From: Rhodosorus marinus CCMP1338
Taxonomy: Eukaryota; Plantae; Rhodophyta
Direction of reading: 5' to 3'
NCBI GenBank assembly: GCA_029953675.1
Contig: JAMWBK010000008.1
Coordinates: forward strand, 744,001 to 808,000
Length of the DNA: 64,000 bases
Shown here: positions 11,657-22,696 of the stretch, piece by piece
How positions within the stretch are numbered: position 1 is the stretch's first letter
How the letters are laid out: every line of letters begins with the position of its first letter
Translations under genes and position numbers: made by a program
Notes under the pieces: generated by a model
What the model was told of the DNA's origin: nothing
Seen by the model: the letters and a program-made list of their open reading frames with translations, nothing else
The model's database searches: none

Positions 11657-13444
11657 ATGCAGGACTACAGCAAAGGAGTTTCGCCAGGTCGGATCTTTTC
11701 GGCCTGGGTGACCTGCTCTCCATGTTTCGATGGATTAAAGGCAGGTGGTGGTTTATGTATACGACGGGGAGGTGTGTCCCTTGGTTTCTCAGTGAACACA
11801 CAGTGTCGAAAGCGAGCGAGGATCGTTGCTAGATGGGACCGAAACGAAGGATTTGTCGAAGATGAAAGCTTCGACTGCGCGCCTGGAGCTAATGAGCTGC
11901 TCAAAGTTTTTTGTGAAAGGCCCAGCTCAGAAGCAGTGGCGCTTTTCAATGTATCATATCCAACTCTCACCAGGGGCGAGCTTGATGGCTTGTTTTCATG
12001 TCTATGCCGAGCATCGGTTGGAAGGGCACGACAGGTGCTTGAAGATGTACTAGGAGGTGGAGGGGAAGTACCAGTGGCAATGGTCAATTCCATGCTCAAG
12101 TCGTACTCTGTGAATCATCAATGTGATCAAGTGGATAGACTTTTGAACAGAGTGTGTAGTATGGGTGCTCAGCTCGACATGAGGTCCTACAACATTGCGA
12201 TTGATGCGTTTGGCGAAGCTGGGGATCTCGGCAAGGTTGGTGAATACATGGATCGTCTTCTGCGAGAGGGCCTGAAGCCGGATCATTACACGATGAACAC
12301 GTTGTTGAAGATGCATGCCAAGCGCAAGGAAATGGAGCAGGTGGATAAGGTGATTTTCGATATGCAAAAGTTTGATGTCTATCCCGATACCGTTACGTAC
12401 AACACCCTTATGTACCACTTGGCGAGGTCAGGGGCTTACGAAGCGGCAGAAAAAGTTCGAGAAGACATGCAATCGGGTGGAATACCAGCGGACGCTTTCA
12501 CGTATAATACTTTGATCAAGATTTGCGACCGTCAAAACAACCTAACCCGCCTCATATCCACGTTTCATGAGATGAAGGAGGCGAAGGTATCACCAAACCT
12601 CATTACCTACAACTCTCTTATCGACGCGTTCGCCCGGAGGCGAAATGTTGAAGCTGCGGAGCTTGCGTACAAATCCCTCCGCTCCACGGACTTGGAGCCT
12701 ACTGTTGTGATCTTTAACACACTTTTGAAGCTCCGGGCACATCAAGGTGACCTGAAGGCCATAGACTCGACGGTGAAGGAAATGGAGGATTTAGGAGTAA
12801 GACCCAACGAGACAACTTTCAACACCAGACTTGACGCGTTTGGGCGACTTGGGAAACTAGGCCTTGCGAAGAAAACGTACGATGAGATGATCGAGTGTGA
12901 TTGTCAGCCCACAACAATAACATTCAACACGTTGATGAAAGCGCACGCGAGGCGGTCTGACATAGAGGGTGTCCGATCCTGGTATGAGGTCATGTACGCT
13001 CTGGATCTTCGGCCAGATGCGTTCACTCTGGGGATATTGATTGACTGCTACGGGAAGGAGGGAAATGTCGAAGAAGCGGAGAGGGTGTTCTTCCTTTTGA
13101 AGGACGAAGAGAAAGTTAGAATCGACAGGGTCGTGTTCAACTCTATGCTTTCCATGTATGCAGCAAACGGATCTATGGATAAGCTCCTTTTCTGTTTGGA
13201 AGAGATGAAGAGGATGAACGTCAGTTGGGATATTTATACACATAACATTGTAATTGATGCCTGGCGAAGGTTTGCTGAGTACGAGCTAGCATGGAATGCC
13301 GTGAGCGACCTGCTCGACTCTCCCATACGCCCAGATGCGACTACAACAAGGATTGTGAAAAAACTGTCGTCGACAGCCGAGCATAGACAGGAGAACGTGG
13401 TGGAAAGGTTTGGTAAGCAGAAGTTGAAGCAGAGTGCCGCTTGA
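11657..13444 (+). CDS. P-class PPR protein (PPR2), single exon
   Basis: Tandem PPR motifs (DMRSYNIAIDAFGEAG, DHYTMNTLLKMHAKRK, DTVTYNTLMYHLARSG, NLITYNSLIDAFARRR). N-terminal presequence-like region. Confidence 0.94.
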   Translation: MQDYSKGVSPGRIFSAWVTCSPCFDGLKAGGGLCIRRGGVSLGFSVNTQCRKRARIVARWDRNEGFVEDESFDCAPGANELLKVFCERPSSEAVALFNVSYPTLTRGELDGLFSCLCRASVGRARQVLEDVLGGGGEVPVAMVNSMLKSYSVNHQCDQVDRLLNRVCSMGAQLDMRSYNIAIDAFGEAGDLGKVGEYMDRLLREGLKPDHYTMNTLLKMHAKRKEMEQVDKVIFDMQKFDVYPDTVTYNTLMYHLARSGAYEAAEKVREDMQSGGIPADAFTYNTLIKICDRQNNLTRLISTFHEMKEAKVSPNLITYNSLIDAFARRRNVEAAELAYKSLRSTDLEPTVVIFNTLLKLRAHQGDLKAIDSTVKEMEDLGVRPNETTFNTRLDAFGRLGKLGLAKKTYDEMIECDCQPTTITFNTLMKAHARRSDIEGVRSWYEVMYALDLRPDAFTLGILIDCYGKEGNVEEAERVFFLLKDEEKVRIDRVVFNSMLSMYAANGSMDKLLFCLEEMKRMNVSWDIYTHNIVIDAWRRFAEYELAWNAVSDLLDSPIRPDATTTRIVKKLSSTAEHRQENVVERFGKQKLKQSAA

Positions 13445-13852
13445 GGGCTCCTCCTGTTCTGTCTTGTAGTATTTGTAATTCCTTTATTTTGTAGTTCTTC
13501 TTCGGCCGCCAGTCGGAAATTCTTCCGCCCCTTCCTGGTCCGAATTTTAACAGACTTTCCTGTGTAGACGATAGAGTCGCTTTCTTGTTTTATTCCAGCT
13601 TTCCGGTATATAGATGACAAGTGGTAAATACGTATTCATACCAATCTACCCTCGGCCCCCCTTCCTCGTCGTGCCCATGCGGAAAACGCCGCAGTCAGCT
13701 CAACACCAGCACACCGCTTTGACCACGCACGCAGTTTCTTTTGGTGTACACTCTTCACGCACACATCAGATCCGTCCCTCTAAAGCCCAGAAGCCCAACC
13801 CAAAACGCACCACCTCACGCCCACACTGTTCCTTCCCTGCCTTGTCCCTTCT

Positions 13853-13894
13853 GGTATTGATGCAGAGTGAGTACACTCACCCTGCATCAATACC
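13853..13894. repeat. 42-nt near-perfect palindrome / hairpin
   Basis: ggtattgatgcagagtgagtacactcaccctgcatcaatacc: 19 of 20 positions pair. The one mismatch becomes G-U on the minus strand. Confidence 0.9.
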
Positions 13895-14430
13895 ATAAAA
13901 TCAATATAACCGTCACTTCCTCCGGTTTCTGTTTCGCAAATATATTGTGCAGTTATAAAATTTACTCCATATGACATCTATCCAAAGACTTAATACAGAA
14001 ATCTAAGCGTTACTTCCTAGAACTCCGTTCTCCATCGATTTAATAGTTAAAAGAATAAATAATTTGGTGTCGACAGAAAAATGAGGTGACGCTTAAGAAG
14101 ATTCTATCTTGTCGTCATCTGAGCAGAATTGACCTTTTTGGATATGTATGCGGAGTGTAGGTGATGCTTAGAAAGGAACGTTTTTCGCTTACTGAGCGAG
14201 ATGCCGATAGGATTTTCTTTTTGTATTTCGCCATTGAAACGTTCTTGGATGAGAACCAAAAGAGTGACTGAAATGACAAAATGGCAATGGTGCACTGGGG
14301 CATTTGGCGGAGAGTGGAGGAGGCGAAGAAGAGGAGGAGGATGTGTTTTTGTTTTTGTTTTGCATTTGTCAAGCATTGAAATGGTTTTAGGGTGCAACGG
14401 GTAGGGAGAGAAACCTAAAGTGGATGAGAC

Positions 14431-16185
14431 ATGGATTTAAGCTTTGTGGCCAGTGGTCCGTTTGGGTGTAGGGGTAGGAACTGCTGTAGAAGCTCAGCTG
14501 TTTGTCTGGCAAAGTCTTCTCAGAGATCACGGAAGAAACCTTTGAGTCCTGATGAAAGGCGAAGCAAATTGCTCACGGATCGAATCGTACAGAATTTTCG
14601 GGTTGGGAAGAGAAGGGAGGCGAGGCAGCTGTTGAGAGAGCTTGGTGACCGGGGAGGACCTGCATGCGTTGTTGGTTTCAACAGGATCATGAAAGAGGTG
14701 GGAGGCTCGGCCTTGGCGGAGGAGGTTTATCAGGCTCTTGTTAAGGCTGGACTAATTGGTGACGTCGTTACATTCAACACGAGGCTCAAGTTGCTATCCG
14801 CCGATGACGATCTAAACGGCCTACGAAAAACGCTCACTGAAATGAAGCGGGTGGGAGTTGCTCCTGACATTGTGACCTACACAACTGTTCTGAACGCGTT
14901 TGGTGATGCGGGAGACTTCGTCAGCGCTGAGAATACGTTTGCAGAGATGAGAGAGCAACAACTAGAACCCGATTTGTTCCTCCTCAATACAATAATGAAA
15001 CTACACTGCAAAAACTCTGATGTGGATGCAGTCCAGGAGGCATTCGACCAGATCGCGGATAAGGGCTTCAAGCCAGATAATGTGAGCTTCACGCTTCTTA
15101 TGAAGGCATACGATGCAGATGGCCAGTACGAAGCTGTGGAAAGGGTTTTCCAACTTGCAATGACCGAAACACAAACTCCTAATGTACAGATCCTATGCTA
15201 CGCCGCCCGCGCCAAGGCAGCTCGAGGAGATCCGCTTGGAGTTCAACAGGTAATGATGATCGCCGACCGACTGGGCTTGCACCTTCGAATATTCTTCTAC
15301 AACAAAGTCCTTGATGCGTACGCGGAGAACGGATTCGTGATCGCAGCGGAGGAACTCGTCAGAGAAATGAAATCCGCGGCTGAAATAGAACCTAGCATTG
15401 TGACATTTAATACCCTGCTTAAGATGTACTGCCGCCTTGAAGATATGGCGTCCGTCAACGCTTGCGTGAAAGCCATGAATGAGGCTGGAATTGAACTGGA
15501 TGTGGTCACATATACGACGATCATGTCCTGCTACATCCGCCTTGAGAATGTAGAGAGTGCAGAGAAACTGATAGAGGATAATATAAGAAGCGGACTGAGA
15601 CCGAACAACTTCCAGTATACTTGTTTGATCAAGATGTATGGCGTCGCTGGTGAATTTGCTAAGGCCAAAGAGATTTTCCGCGATCTAGAAGAGCGCGGAG
15701 TCGATCTCGACGTCTACACGTACAATACCATGATCGATTTGGCGGCAAAATACGAAGGATTAGAGCAAGCCGAGAAGATTTTCAAGGATCTACTGAAGCG
15801 AAATGTGAAACCTGACGTTGCCACGATGAACACATTGATGGCTGCCGGTGCGAGGCGACGATCAACTAGGGTCGTTCTTAACTACTTTGTGATGCTGAGC
15901 GAAGTTGGAGTACGCCCTGATCGAGTGACCTATAATATTCTCATCATGTTTTTCGGGTCCGTGGGCAGCACCCAGAAGGCCAACCAGATATATCAGGATA
16001 TGCTGTCGGTCGGCATTAAGCCGGATCGTGTGACTTTCACAACTCTGGTCAAGATTAACACACCTGTGGATCTCCAACATGAGATCACAAGACGGCTGAA
16101 GGTGATCTGGAAGAAACCGTCATCCTTTGAGGCCAAGATTGGACAGTTTTTCTCCACAATAGAGGTCTTAAAGCCCGAGAAATGA
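14431..16185 (+). CDS. P-class PPR protein (PPR3), single exon, probable plastid presequence
   Basis: MDLSFVASG start. Motifs DIVTYTTVLNAFGDAG, SIVTFNTLLKMYCRLE, DVYTYNTMIDLAAKYE, DRVTYNILIMFFGSVG. Confidence 0.94.
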   Translation: MDLSFVASGPFGCRGRNCCRSSAVCLAKSSQRSRKKPLSPDERRSKLLTDRIVQNFRVGKRREARQLLRELGDRGGPACVVGFNRIMKEVGGSALAEEVYQALVKAGLIGDVVTFNTRLKLLSADDDLNGLRKTLTEMKRVGVAPDIVTYTTVLNAFGDAGDFVSAENTFAEMREQQLEPDLFLLNTIMKLHCKNSDVDAVQEAFDQIADKGFKPDNVSFTLLMKAYDADGQYEAVERVFQLAMTETQTPNVQILCYAARAKAARGDPLGVQQVMMIADRLGLHLRIFFYNKVLDAYAENGFVIAAEELVREMKSAAEIEPSIVTFNTLLKMYCRLEDMASVNACVKAMNEAGIELDVVTYTTIMSCYIRLENVESAEKLIEDNIRSGLRPNNFQYTCLIKMYGVAGEFAKAKEIFRDLEERGVDLDVYTYNTMIDLAAKYEGLEQAEKIFKDLLKRNVKPDVATMNTLMAAGARRRSTRVVLNYFVMLSEVGVRPDRVTYNILIMFFGSVGSTQKANQIYQDMLSVGIKPDRVTFTTLVKINTPVDLQHEITRRLKVIWKKPSSFEAKIGQFFSTIEVLKPEK

Positions 16186-16769
16186 AAGCGGGTAGCTCCC
16201 TCGCGCGCATGAACAAAAGCCTGAGCTGTCCTGCATATGTCCACGACCACAGCAACTCGGCTTGCGCTAGCTGTCGTCCTTCGAAGACGATGCAGCGTGA
16301 AGGAGTACAAATACAGTCCGGGAGACCTGCTCGGAGGGAGGCCCCGTTTGTATTCCTGTTTGAGTTTGTCAATGTTTCTTTATGATATGAAGACTTGTAT
16401 ACCAACGAATCCCTTCCCTCTCTCTCGGCAGAGGGTACCGGAAACAATCACTAACGAAAGAACTTTTTGATTATAAACAACTATTATTTTACAGCCTAAA
16501 ATACCTAACTGCAGCGCGCCACGCCGAACCACCCTGAAACAGATGCGGGTGCTCACTCTCGGAGGGGAACCTCTAGGGAACAGAGTGTTCTACACAGACG
16601 CCATCAAAAAAGCTTCGAGGAGCGGCATCTTACACTGCTTCTCTCGATTGGAAAAGGTGGATGCCCCCAGTTCTACAGAAGTGTTCGTCAATTCTCATCG
16701 GGGAAGACCAGCCAAATTGGCTCTACCGTTATATACATCCAGCTTGGATCAAGCTTTCTAGGGCTTTCT

Positions 16770-18758
16770 CTAAAGCTGCTCTGGATCCTTATCCGCGATT
16801 TTCCAGTCGTGTTCGTGCGCCCGGCCATCGAGCAGCTCCCTAGCCCGTTCCGGTATCTCCACCCCATAAATCTCAGCTTCCCTCACAATATGCTCGGCCC
16901 CCTCAAACATTCCTGCTCTGAAGAGATTCACAGCCAGTGTCGTATACGAAAAAGAATTGGGGTCCAACCCGTCCAAGCGCATCTCATCCAGAAATCTGTG
17001 GGCCCTTCTGAATTCCTGGTTCTTGGCAAGGGCATCCACCAGCGCGCCGGCAACGACAAGGTTGGGTTCCACCTGCTCCTTCTTCATGTTCTCGTACGCC
17101 TCCACTGCAGCGTGCACCTCTCCAGAGTTTCCCAACGCAGATATGAGCGTGCTGTACACGATTTCGTTCCGTTTAAGACCTGCCTTTTCGATATCGCAGA
17201 ATAATTCCTTGACGAGGTCGACCTCACCACACTCGCGGTGAAGCTTCATAAGGGTCGCGTAGCCAATAAGCCCCAGCGTGGATTTGCATCGTCGCAGTTT
17301 CACGGACAGCGCCGATGCCTTGTCCAGCTCTTTGGCTCGAATGTAGGCATCCAACAACGTGCAGAGCGTCGTTTCGTTGGGGCGCATTCCCATTCGCAGC
17401 ATTTCGCTAACGAGGCTCTCAGCCTTTCGCGGATCGCTCCGAAACGCCTTCAAGAGCGCATTCCAGGCAGGTACTGTGACGGGAACATCCGTCTTGGTGC
17501 TGGCCTTCTGCAGCAGAGCGTGTGCAGCGTCTACACATCCGCAAGTCGTGAGCGCGTTCACTGCTGCGCAAACTTGCTCCTCACGCAGCCCCGACTCATC
17601 CTGTCTGAGCTTGGCGAGACACTTCAAAACTTCCATCGCGTCTCCTCGCAGGGCATAGAACTTGATCGCCGTTAACAGAATAACTTCATTGGGCTTCACC
17701 CCATCCGAAATCATGTTCGCCATCGCCGTCCCAGCTTCTTCCATTTTCCGTTCCTCAACGAGGGCGCCAATTAGAATGGCATAGACGTACGCATCGGGAC
17801 GAACCCTCATCCGTCTCATAACTTGGTAGTTTCGTTGGATCTCAGCTACGTTCTTCTCATCTGCGCATGCTGACATTATCGTCGCAAACGTTGCCGCTGT
17901 TGGTATGACTTCATCTTCCTCCATCGCCTTCAGAACTAGATGTGTCTCAGAAACCATACCCGCCTTGCAGTAAGCGTTGAGAACGGTGTTGTACGTAGCC
18001 GCGATCCTCGGTATCTCCCGCTCCTTCATGGTATCGAGCAAGTCCTCAACCTCAGCGACATTTCCGCTCCTCGCGTGTACCTTCATTACCTCAAGGAAGG
18101 TCACAGCATTTGGTCGCACTGCCATGGTGTCGATGATCTCTCTCGCCCTATCCAACTGCCCGTTCGATGCGTAAGTGCCGATCAAAATCGAAAAGCTAAT
18201 CACGGATGGCTCCATATCAGCGCTTGCAAACCGCTCAAAAGTATGGACGACCTGATCCAAATCATTTCTCGCTGCGTAGAGCTTCATCATCGTGTTAAGG
18301 GTGACCACATCCCACCGACGCATACCCGCAAAAAGCTTCTCTGCTTTGTCGCCCCGATCCTGCTTTACGAGATGATTCAATCTTCTGTTCATGTTCACAA
18401 TACCCATATCAGTTGAAGTCCTAACCTTTGCGTTTGATGATTTCCGAACTTCAGCTTTAGTTTTTGATGATTCCCTGCCCTTCCCATCACTAGATTTTCC
18501 AAGTTTTGAATCTGGCAAGGTCCTAACATCCGCGTCAGCGGGAGATACAGCCTTTGGTTTTTGGGGGCCTCGAACTTTGGCGTCCGTGGAGGTTCTAGTC
18601 TTGGCATCCGCCGTGGTCGAGCTCCAAACCCTCGCATCCTTCCGAGCGACAATTGGCCTGGAGCTAGCCGTCACCATGCAAACCGTCCTATTCCATATCG
18701 AATACCTCACCGGACTCCACGGACAAGAGACAGTCACATAAACCAACTCACCCCTCAT
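16770..18758 (-). CDS. P-class PPR protein (PPR4), single exon, with low-complexity 8-aa repeats in the N-terminal region
   Basis: Motifs DVVTLNTMMKLYAARN, SVISFSILIGTYASNG, ATYNTVLNAYCKAG, NEIVYSTLISALGNSG. Confidence 0.93.
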   Translation of the reverse strand: MRGELVYVTVSCPWSPVRYSIWNRTVCMVTASSRPIVARKDARVWSSTTADAKTRTSTDAKVRGPQKPKAVSPADADVRTLPDSKLGKSSDGKGRESSKTKAEVRKSSNAKVRTSTDMGIVNMNRRLNHLVKQDRGDKAEKLFAGMRRWDVVTLNTMMKLYAARNDLDQVVHTFERFASADMEPSVISFSILIGTYASNGQLDRAREIIDTMAVRPNAVTFLEVMKVHARSGNVAEVEDLLDTMKEREIPRIAATYNTVLNAYCKAGMVSETHLVLKAMEEDEVIPTAATFATIMSACADEKNVAEIQRNYQVMRRMRVRPDAYVYAILIGALVEERKMEEAGTAMANMISDGVKPNEVILLTAIKFYALRGDAMEVLKCLAKLRQDESGLREEQVCAAVNALTTCGCVDAAHALLQKASTKTDVPVTVPAWNALLKAFRSDPRKAESLVSEMLRMGMRPNETTLCTLLDAYIRAKELDKASALSVKLRRCKSTLGLIGYATLMKLHRECGEVDLVKELFCDIEKAGLKRNEIVYSTLISALGNSGEVHAAVEAYENMKKEQVEPNLVVAGALVDALAKNQEFRRAHRFLDEMRLDGLDPNSFSYTTLAVNLFRAGMFEGAEHIVREAEIYGVEIPERARELLDGRAHEHDWKIADKDPEQL

Positions 18759-20785
18759 CGTCTTTCTTCCTCAAAAGGAAAACCACACCTCCTCTATCCC
18801 CCTACACCTCCCTCCATAACCCTCCCCCTCCAAAACAGTAAAACAACTTATCCACTCAAAACATCATCAAAACCCACCAGACCTGGCACAAAACCTAGAC
18901 CTTATCGATCCCCATCCCACCCCATCCACCCCCGACCCCCCCAAAAAACCGCTCACAAAACACCTTTCCCATTCACAGCTCCTTCACCAACAGAATCAAT
19001 ACCTTCTTCACTGTCATCGAAAAACAGAATCCTGCCGTCAAGTCCACCTCCACACAGGTTCTACCAGCGCCTTAATACATCAACTAGACAAGAAGGAAAA
19101 AGGCGAAAGCAAAAACCCCTTCTGAGCTCCTTTACCGTGCTCATCAAACCTAAATTAAAAAAAATGAGTCCACGCCGTCCTTTCTAACTCCTCAAAGACC
19201 TCTTTCCATTGACTCACACCATTCATCGAGAGGGAGTTTTCACGGTAAGAGCCAAACCCCTCCCCCTACACCACCCAAGAAATCCATGGCTTCAAGTTTT
19301 TCCACAATATGATTAATATATCTATTTTTCCTATAGAGTTACCGTTTATATTATAATCTTGATCCACTCCTCCCACAAAACAATCTCATCCACATTCGTG
19401 GATGTACGTTTTTGTTTTCATAATTCAAGCAAACGTGGTGGCATTGAGGAATCGCTTTTGCGGCTATTAGTCCCTGTTTTCGAACTTAATGAAGGACACG
19501 TGTCTCATTTTTTTGACACACGTATAGATTTGTGTTGTGAATAATTATCGGTTTTTCTTGTTGAGGAGTTTTTGGTTCATATCAGATGGAAATTTTCGAC
19601 GTTGAGATGAAGAGGGCGGGGGCGGGGGGGAGAAGTTTTCTTGAATAGTACTTCTTGTACGGTTGGTTAGAAGCGGGAATGGGTGAGGTAAAAAACTATT
19701 TATTGAAATCTTTTAGTTTATAATAGATAATTTTCTAGGTGTAGTTGGTTTTGTAACCCGTAAAGATTGGCGTGGAAACGGGTTGTAGGTGTTGGACTGG
19801 ATGGCTAGGCACGGGGTGGGTTTGATCAAATCAGCCGTAGGCTCGATGACCTACCCTGCAAAACATGCAAAATTTGATGGTAAGAATTTGTTCGGTGATA
19901 ATTGGATTATAATCTGTCCAGATTTCAGGGAAGAGTTATAATTGGTGAGTTTTGGTCTCCACGTTGCTTACCGCCGAATAAAGTATCGGTTATCGTGTAA
20001 ATCGATATTGTCTTGCTTTTAATTTTAAAGACCCATCTACGAGCCGAGGATTCTACTGTGATCACTGAATGCCATTGCCGAGAAGGAAGCTCCAGCGATG
20101 GCAATAAAACAAATCCGACGCTACTAGCTCTAGAGCAGAAAAGAGTGCTGAGCATTGTTTTTGTTGAAAGAGGAGTTTTCTGAATCAGCGCGGACCCGAT
20201 GCCAATGACATAGGGTGAGCACCTCGCTCTGTGCACGTCCTGTTCGTGTCGGAAAGTTTCGCCGAGGAAGTACAACGAAGTGAAGTGTTCCCAGGGAGTT
20301 GGCAGCCCATCCGCTCTCTGTTTATTCCGCTCGGGCTAGGCTAAACGTGTAGTCTGCGGCCTTCTTAGCCTGTAGCGTGGGTAGTTGGGTTCTAAATATG
20401 ATCATCAGCAGGCCATGGATAACCTGCTTGATTAGCTGTGGTCAATGTTTCCACGCTAAGCACAGGTTTTCCAACACCATCTGGGCCGTTTCCAGACCTG
20501 TGTCACGCGTTCCGATCAGCCCGCTAGCACTTTTCTGAAGCCGGTAAGAGATGTTAATTTCCCAGAAGGTGACAGTAAAGACGTAGCGCCCGTGAGCTGG
20601 ATATGTCATCCGCCTTTTAGCAAGGTTGTTTTTAAGTTTATCCCTATCCGTTGGTTCATCCGATTTCCTATGTTTCCCTAAAAATCTATTAACACGGTTG
20701 AACGTTGACTGCAAAACGACAACAGTCCAACACGTTGTAATAAGTTACGGCCCGCAACCCCAGACCGCCTAGTAGCTTCTTACCA

Positions 20786-22696
20786 TCACTGCGAACTCTC
20801 CCTCCTTTTCTTGTTCGTTTCCGCAGATAAGTTAGTGTCGCCTGGAACTTTTATACGAATCTTAAGCCCCTTGCGTCGTGCTTCCTTCTTGTAGCAACGG
20901 GCATCATCGAAAAGCCCGTGTCCAACTAGAAAGGTGATTATGGTCTTGTAGGTCACGGAGTCGAACCTGAGCTTTGATTCTCTCATCGTGTGCATATACC
21001 GCAACACTTTCTCCACATTGTTATCCTTAACATACCCGTGAAGCATACAATTGAGCGCCACAACATCAGGCTGCAGCTTGTACTCCCGAAAGTATGAGAA
21101 TGCTTTTTCCGCTGAGACGAGATTTCCGACCTTCACGTAAGCAGATATGAGGATGTTGATTCCGTAGTTGTCAGGCTTCAAACGATCCCTAACAATCATC
21201 TGCTCCCATGTCCTCTCCAGTCTATCTATCATTTTATGGGTTTTGTACACGTTCATCATCTGATTGTAGGAAAAAATAGTCGGCTCAACGCCGGACCTCT
21301 CCATCTCGTTGAACGTCGCCTCCGCAGCCCCTACTGACACTTTTCCCAGGGCGAAGATCAGAGCATCGTATGTATAGACCGTAGGCTTTAGCTTGTCTGT
21401 TTTCATCTCCTCCACCAGGTCGATTACCCGACGAAGGGAGCCCGCCTTGGCATGAGCCCTGATCAGAGTGGCATACGTTGTTGTGCAAGGGGAGATTTGG
21501 GCGTTTTCTCTCATGTCCTCTAGCACGGCCTCGGCCGCTTGGATATCCCCCAGCCCAGCATACGCTTGAATTGCGTAGTTAAAGGCCATATTGTTGTCAA
21601 AGTCCCAGTTGTATGACCCCATAGACCGGAAGAGCTTAATTGCTCCAGCGTAGTCTTGACACTGAACCAACGCGGCAATTGTGGCCGCATAGGAAATGTA
21701 GCTCAGTGATTCCGTCGGAAATGACTTGTAGAATTCCCACACCTGCTCTGATTTCTGCAATTTGCCAAGACTGGCCATTAGCAAGGTCACGCAGTGTTCG
21801 CTTGGCTCGACCCCAAGTCCTCTCATCTTCCGCACAGTTTTTACAACATCCTTATGCTGACCCTTCGCTCGCTGCGCCTTCATAATTACAGACCACAAAT
21901 ATACAGAAGGCGTCAAGTTCCTTGCCACCATTTCCTTCAGGGTTTTCCTGATTCCTCTCCAATCGTAGATCTCGCAAAGAGATCTTACATATACAGTATA
22001 AGTGTAGTCCGTCGGCTCAAGCTTTCGCCTGTGGACTATTTCCATCGTCTCCGCAACTAGGCCATACTGCTTGTCCAGTAAATATTGATTCATCAGCGTT
22101 GTGAAAGTCACTATATCCGGCACCAGCCCATGTTCCTGTAGGATCCTGAATTCTTCATCAACAGCCTTCGTGTGATTGTTTCGCGCGAAAAGATCCAGGT
22201 ACATGTTCGCTGCCCAGGGGTCGGGTACTTGACCCTGCGCCAACAGTGACTTAACCAAAGCCTGCAGCGGACCCAGATTTCCCTTTGTAAAGTACCAGTG
22301 AATCATGATCTGGACACTCTCCTTCTCGATTGAGTCTGCGACAGCGGTGAAGGTATCCTCCGCCTCCTGGTGCGGGCTATCGCAGTGCAAGATGTTGACC
22401 ACGTCCCGGTGGAGCTTTTGATCATCCACACTCGCGGAATTGGCCTTCTGCAATATTCTCGCAGCATCCTGAACATTTCCAGAGTCCAAGAGCTCCATAA
22501 ACCGAGCACTTCGCTCCTTGTTCTCCTTCTTCCCGACTTCCGCCTTCAACCGCACCTCCAGGCAGCATCGTGGTGCTGCCTGGCACCTACGTTGGGGCAT
22601 CACGCCAGGCCCTCCACATACAACCCAGGCCATCGCAAAGCTACCCAAACCCCCCCCCCCGGCCCCCCCCACCCCCCGAAAAGCCAGCTGTTCCAC
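20786..22696 (-). CDS. P-class PPR protein (PPR5), single exon; start uncertain (GTG 22696 or ATG 22633; G-homopolymer region)
   Basis: Motifs DIVTFTTLMNQYLLDK, TTTYATLIRAHAKAG, TVYTYDALIFALGK, DVVALNCMLHGYVKDN. Confidence 0.92.
   Translation of the reverse strand: MEQLAFRGVGGAGGGGLGSFAMAWVVCGGPGVMPQRRCQAAPRCCLEVRLKAEVGKKENKERSARFMELLDSGNVQDAARILQKANSASVDDQKLHRDVVNILHCDSPHQEAEDTFTAVADSIEKESVQIMIHWYFTKGNLGPLQALVKSLLAQGQVPDPWAANMYLDLFARNNHTKAVDEEFRILQEHGLVPDIVTFTTLMNQYLLDKQYGLVAETMEIVHRRKLEPTDYTYTVYVRSLCEIYDWRGIRKTLKEMVARNLTPSVYLWSVIMKAQRAKGQHKDVVKTVRKMRGLGVEPSEHCVTLLMASLGKLQKSEQVWEFYKSFPTESLSYISYAATIAALVQCQDYAGAIKLFRSMGSYNWDFDNNMAFNYAIQAYAGLGDIQAAEAVLEDMRENAQISPCTTTYATLIRAHAKAGSLRRVIDLVEEMKTDKLKPTVYTYDALIFALGKVSVGAAEATFNEMERSGVEPTIFSYNQMMNVYKTHKMIDRLERTWEQMIVRDRLKPDNYGINILISAYVKVGNLVSAEKAFSYFREYKLQPDVVALNCMLHGYVKDNNVEKVLRYMHTMRESKLRFDSVTYKTIITFLVGHGLFDDARCYKKEARRKGLKIRIKVPGDTNLSAETNKKRRESSQ

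Noticed and set aside
18561-19187. Long P/S/T/K-rich ORFs (also 30208-30795, 49511-50122, 61874-62260)
   Set aside because: By-products of the C/A versus G/T strand skew near gene starts, which depletes stop codons.
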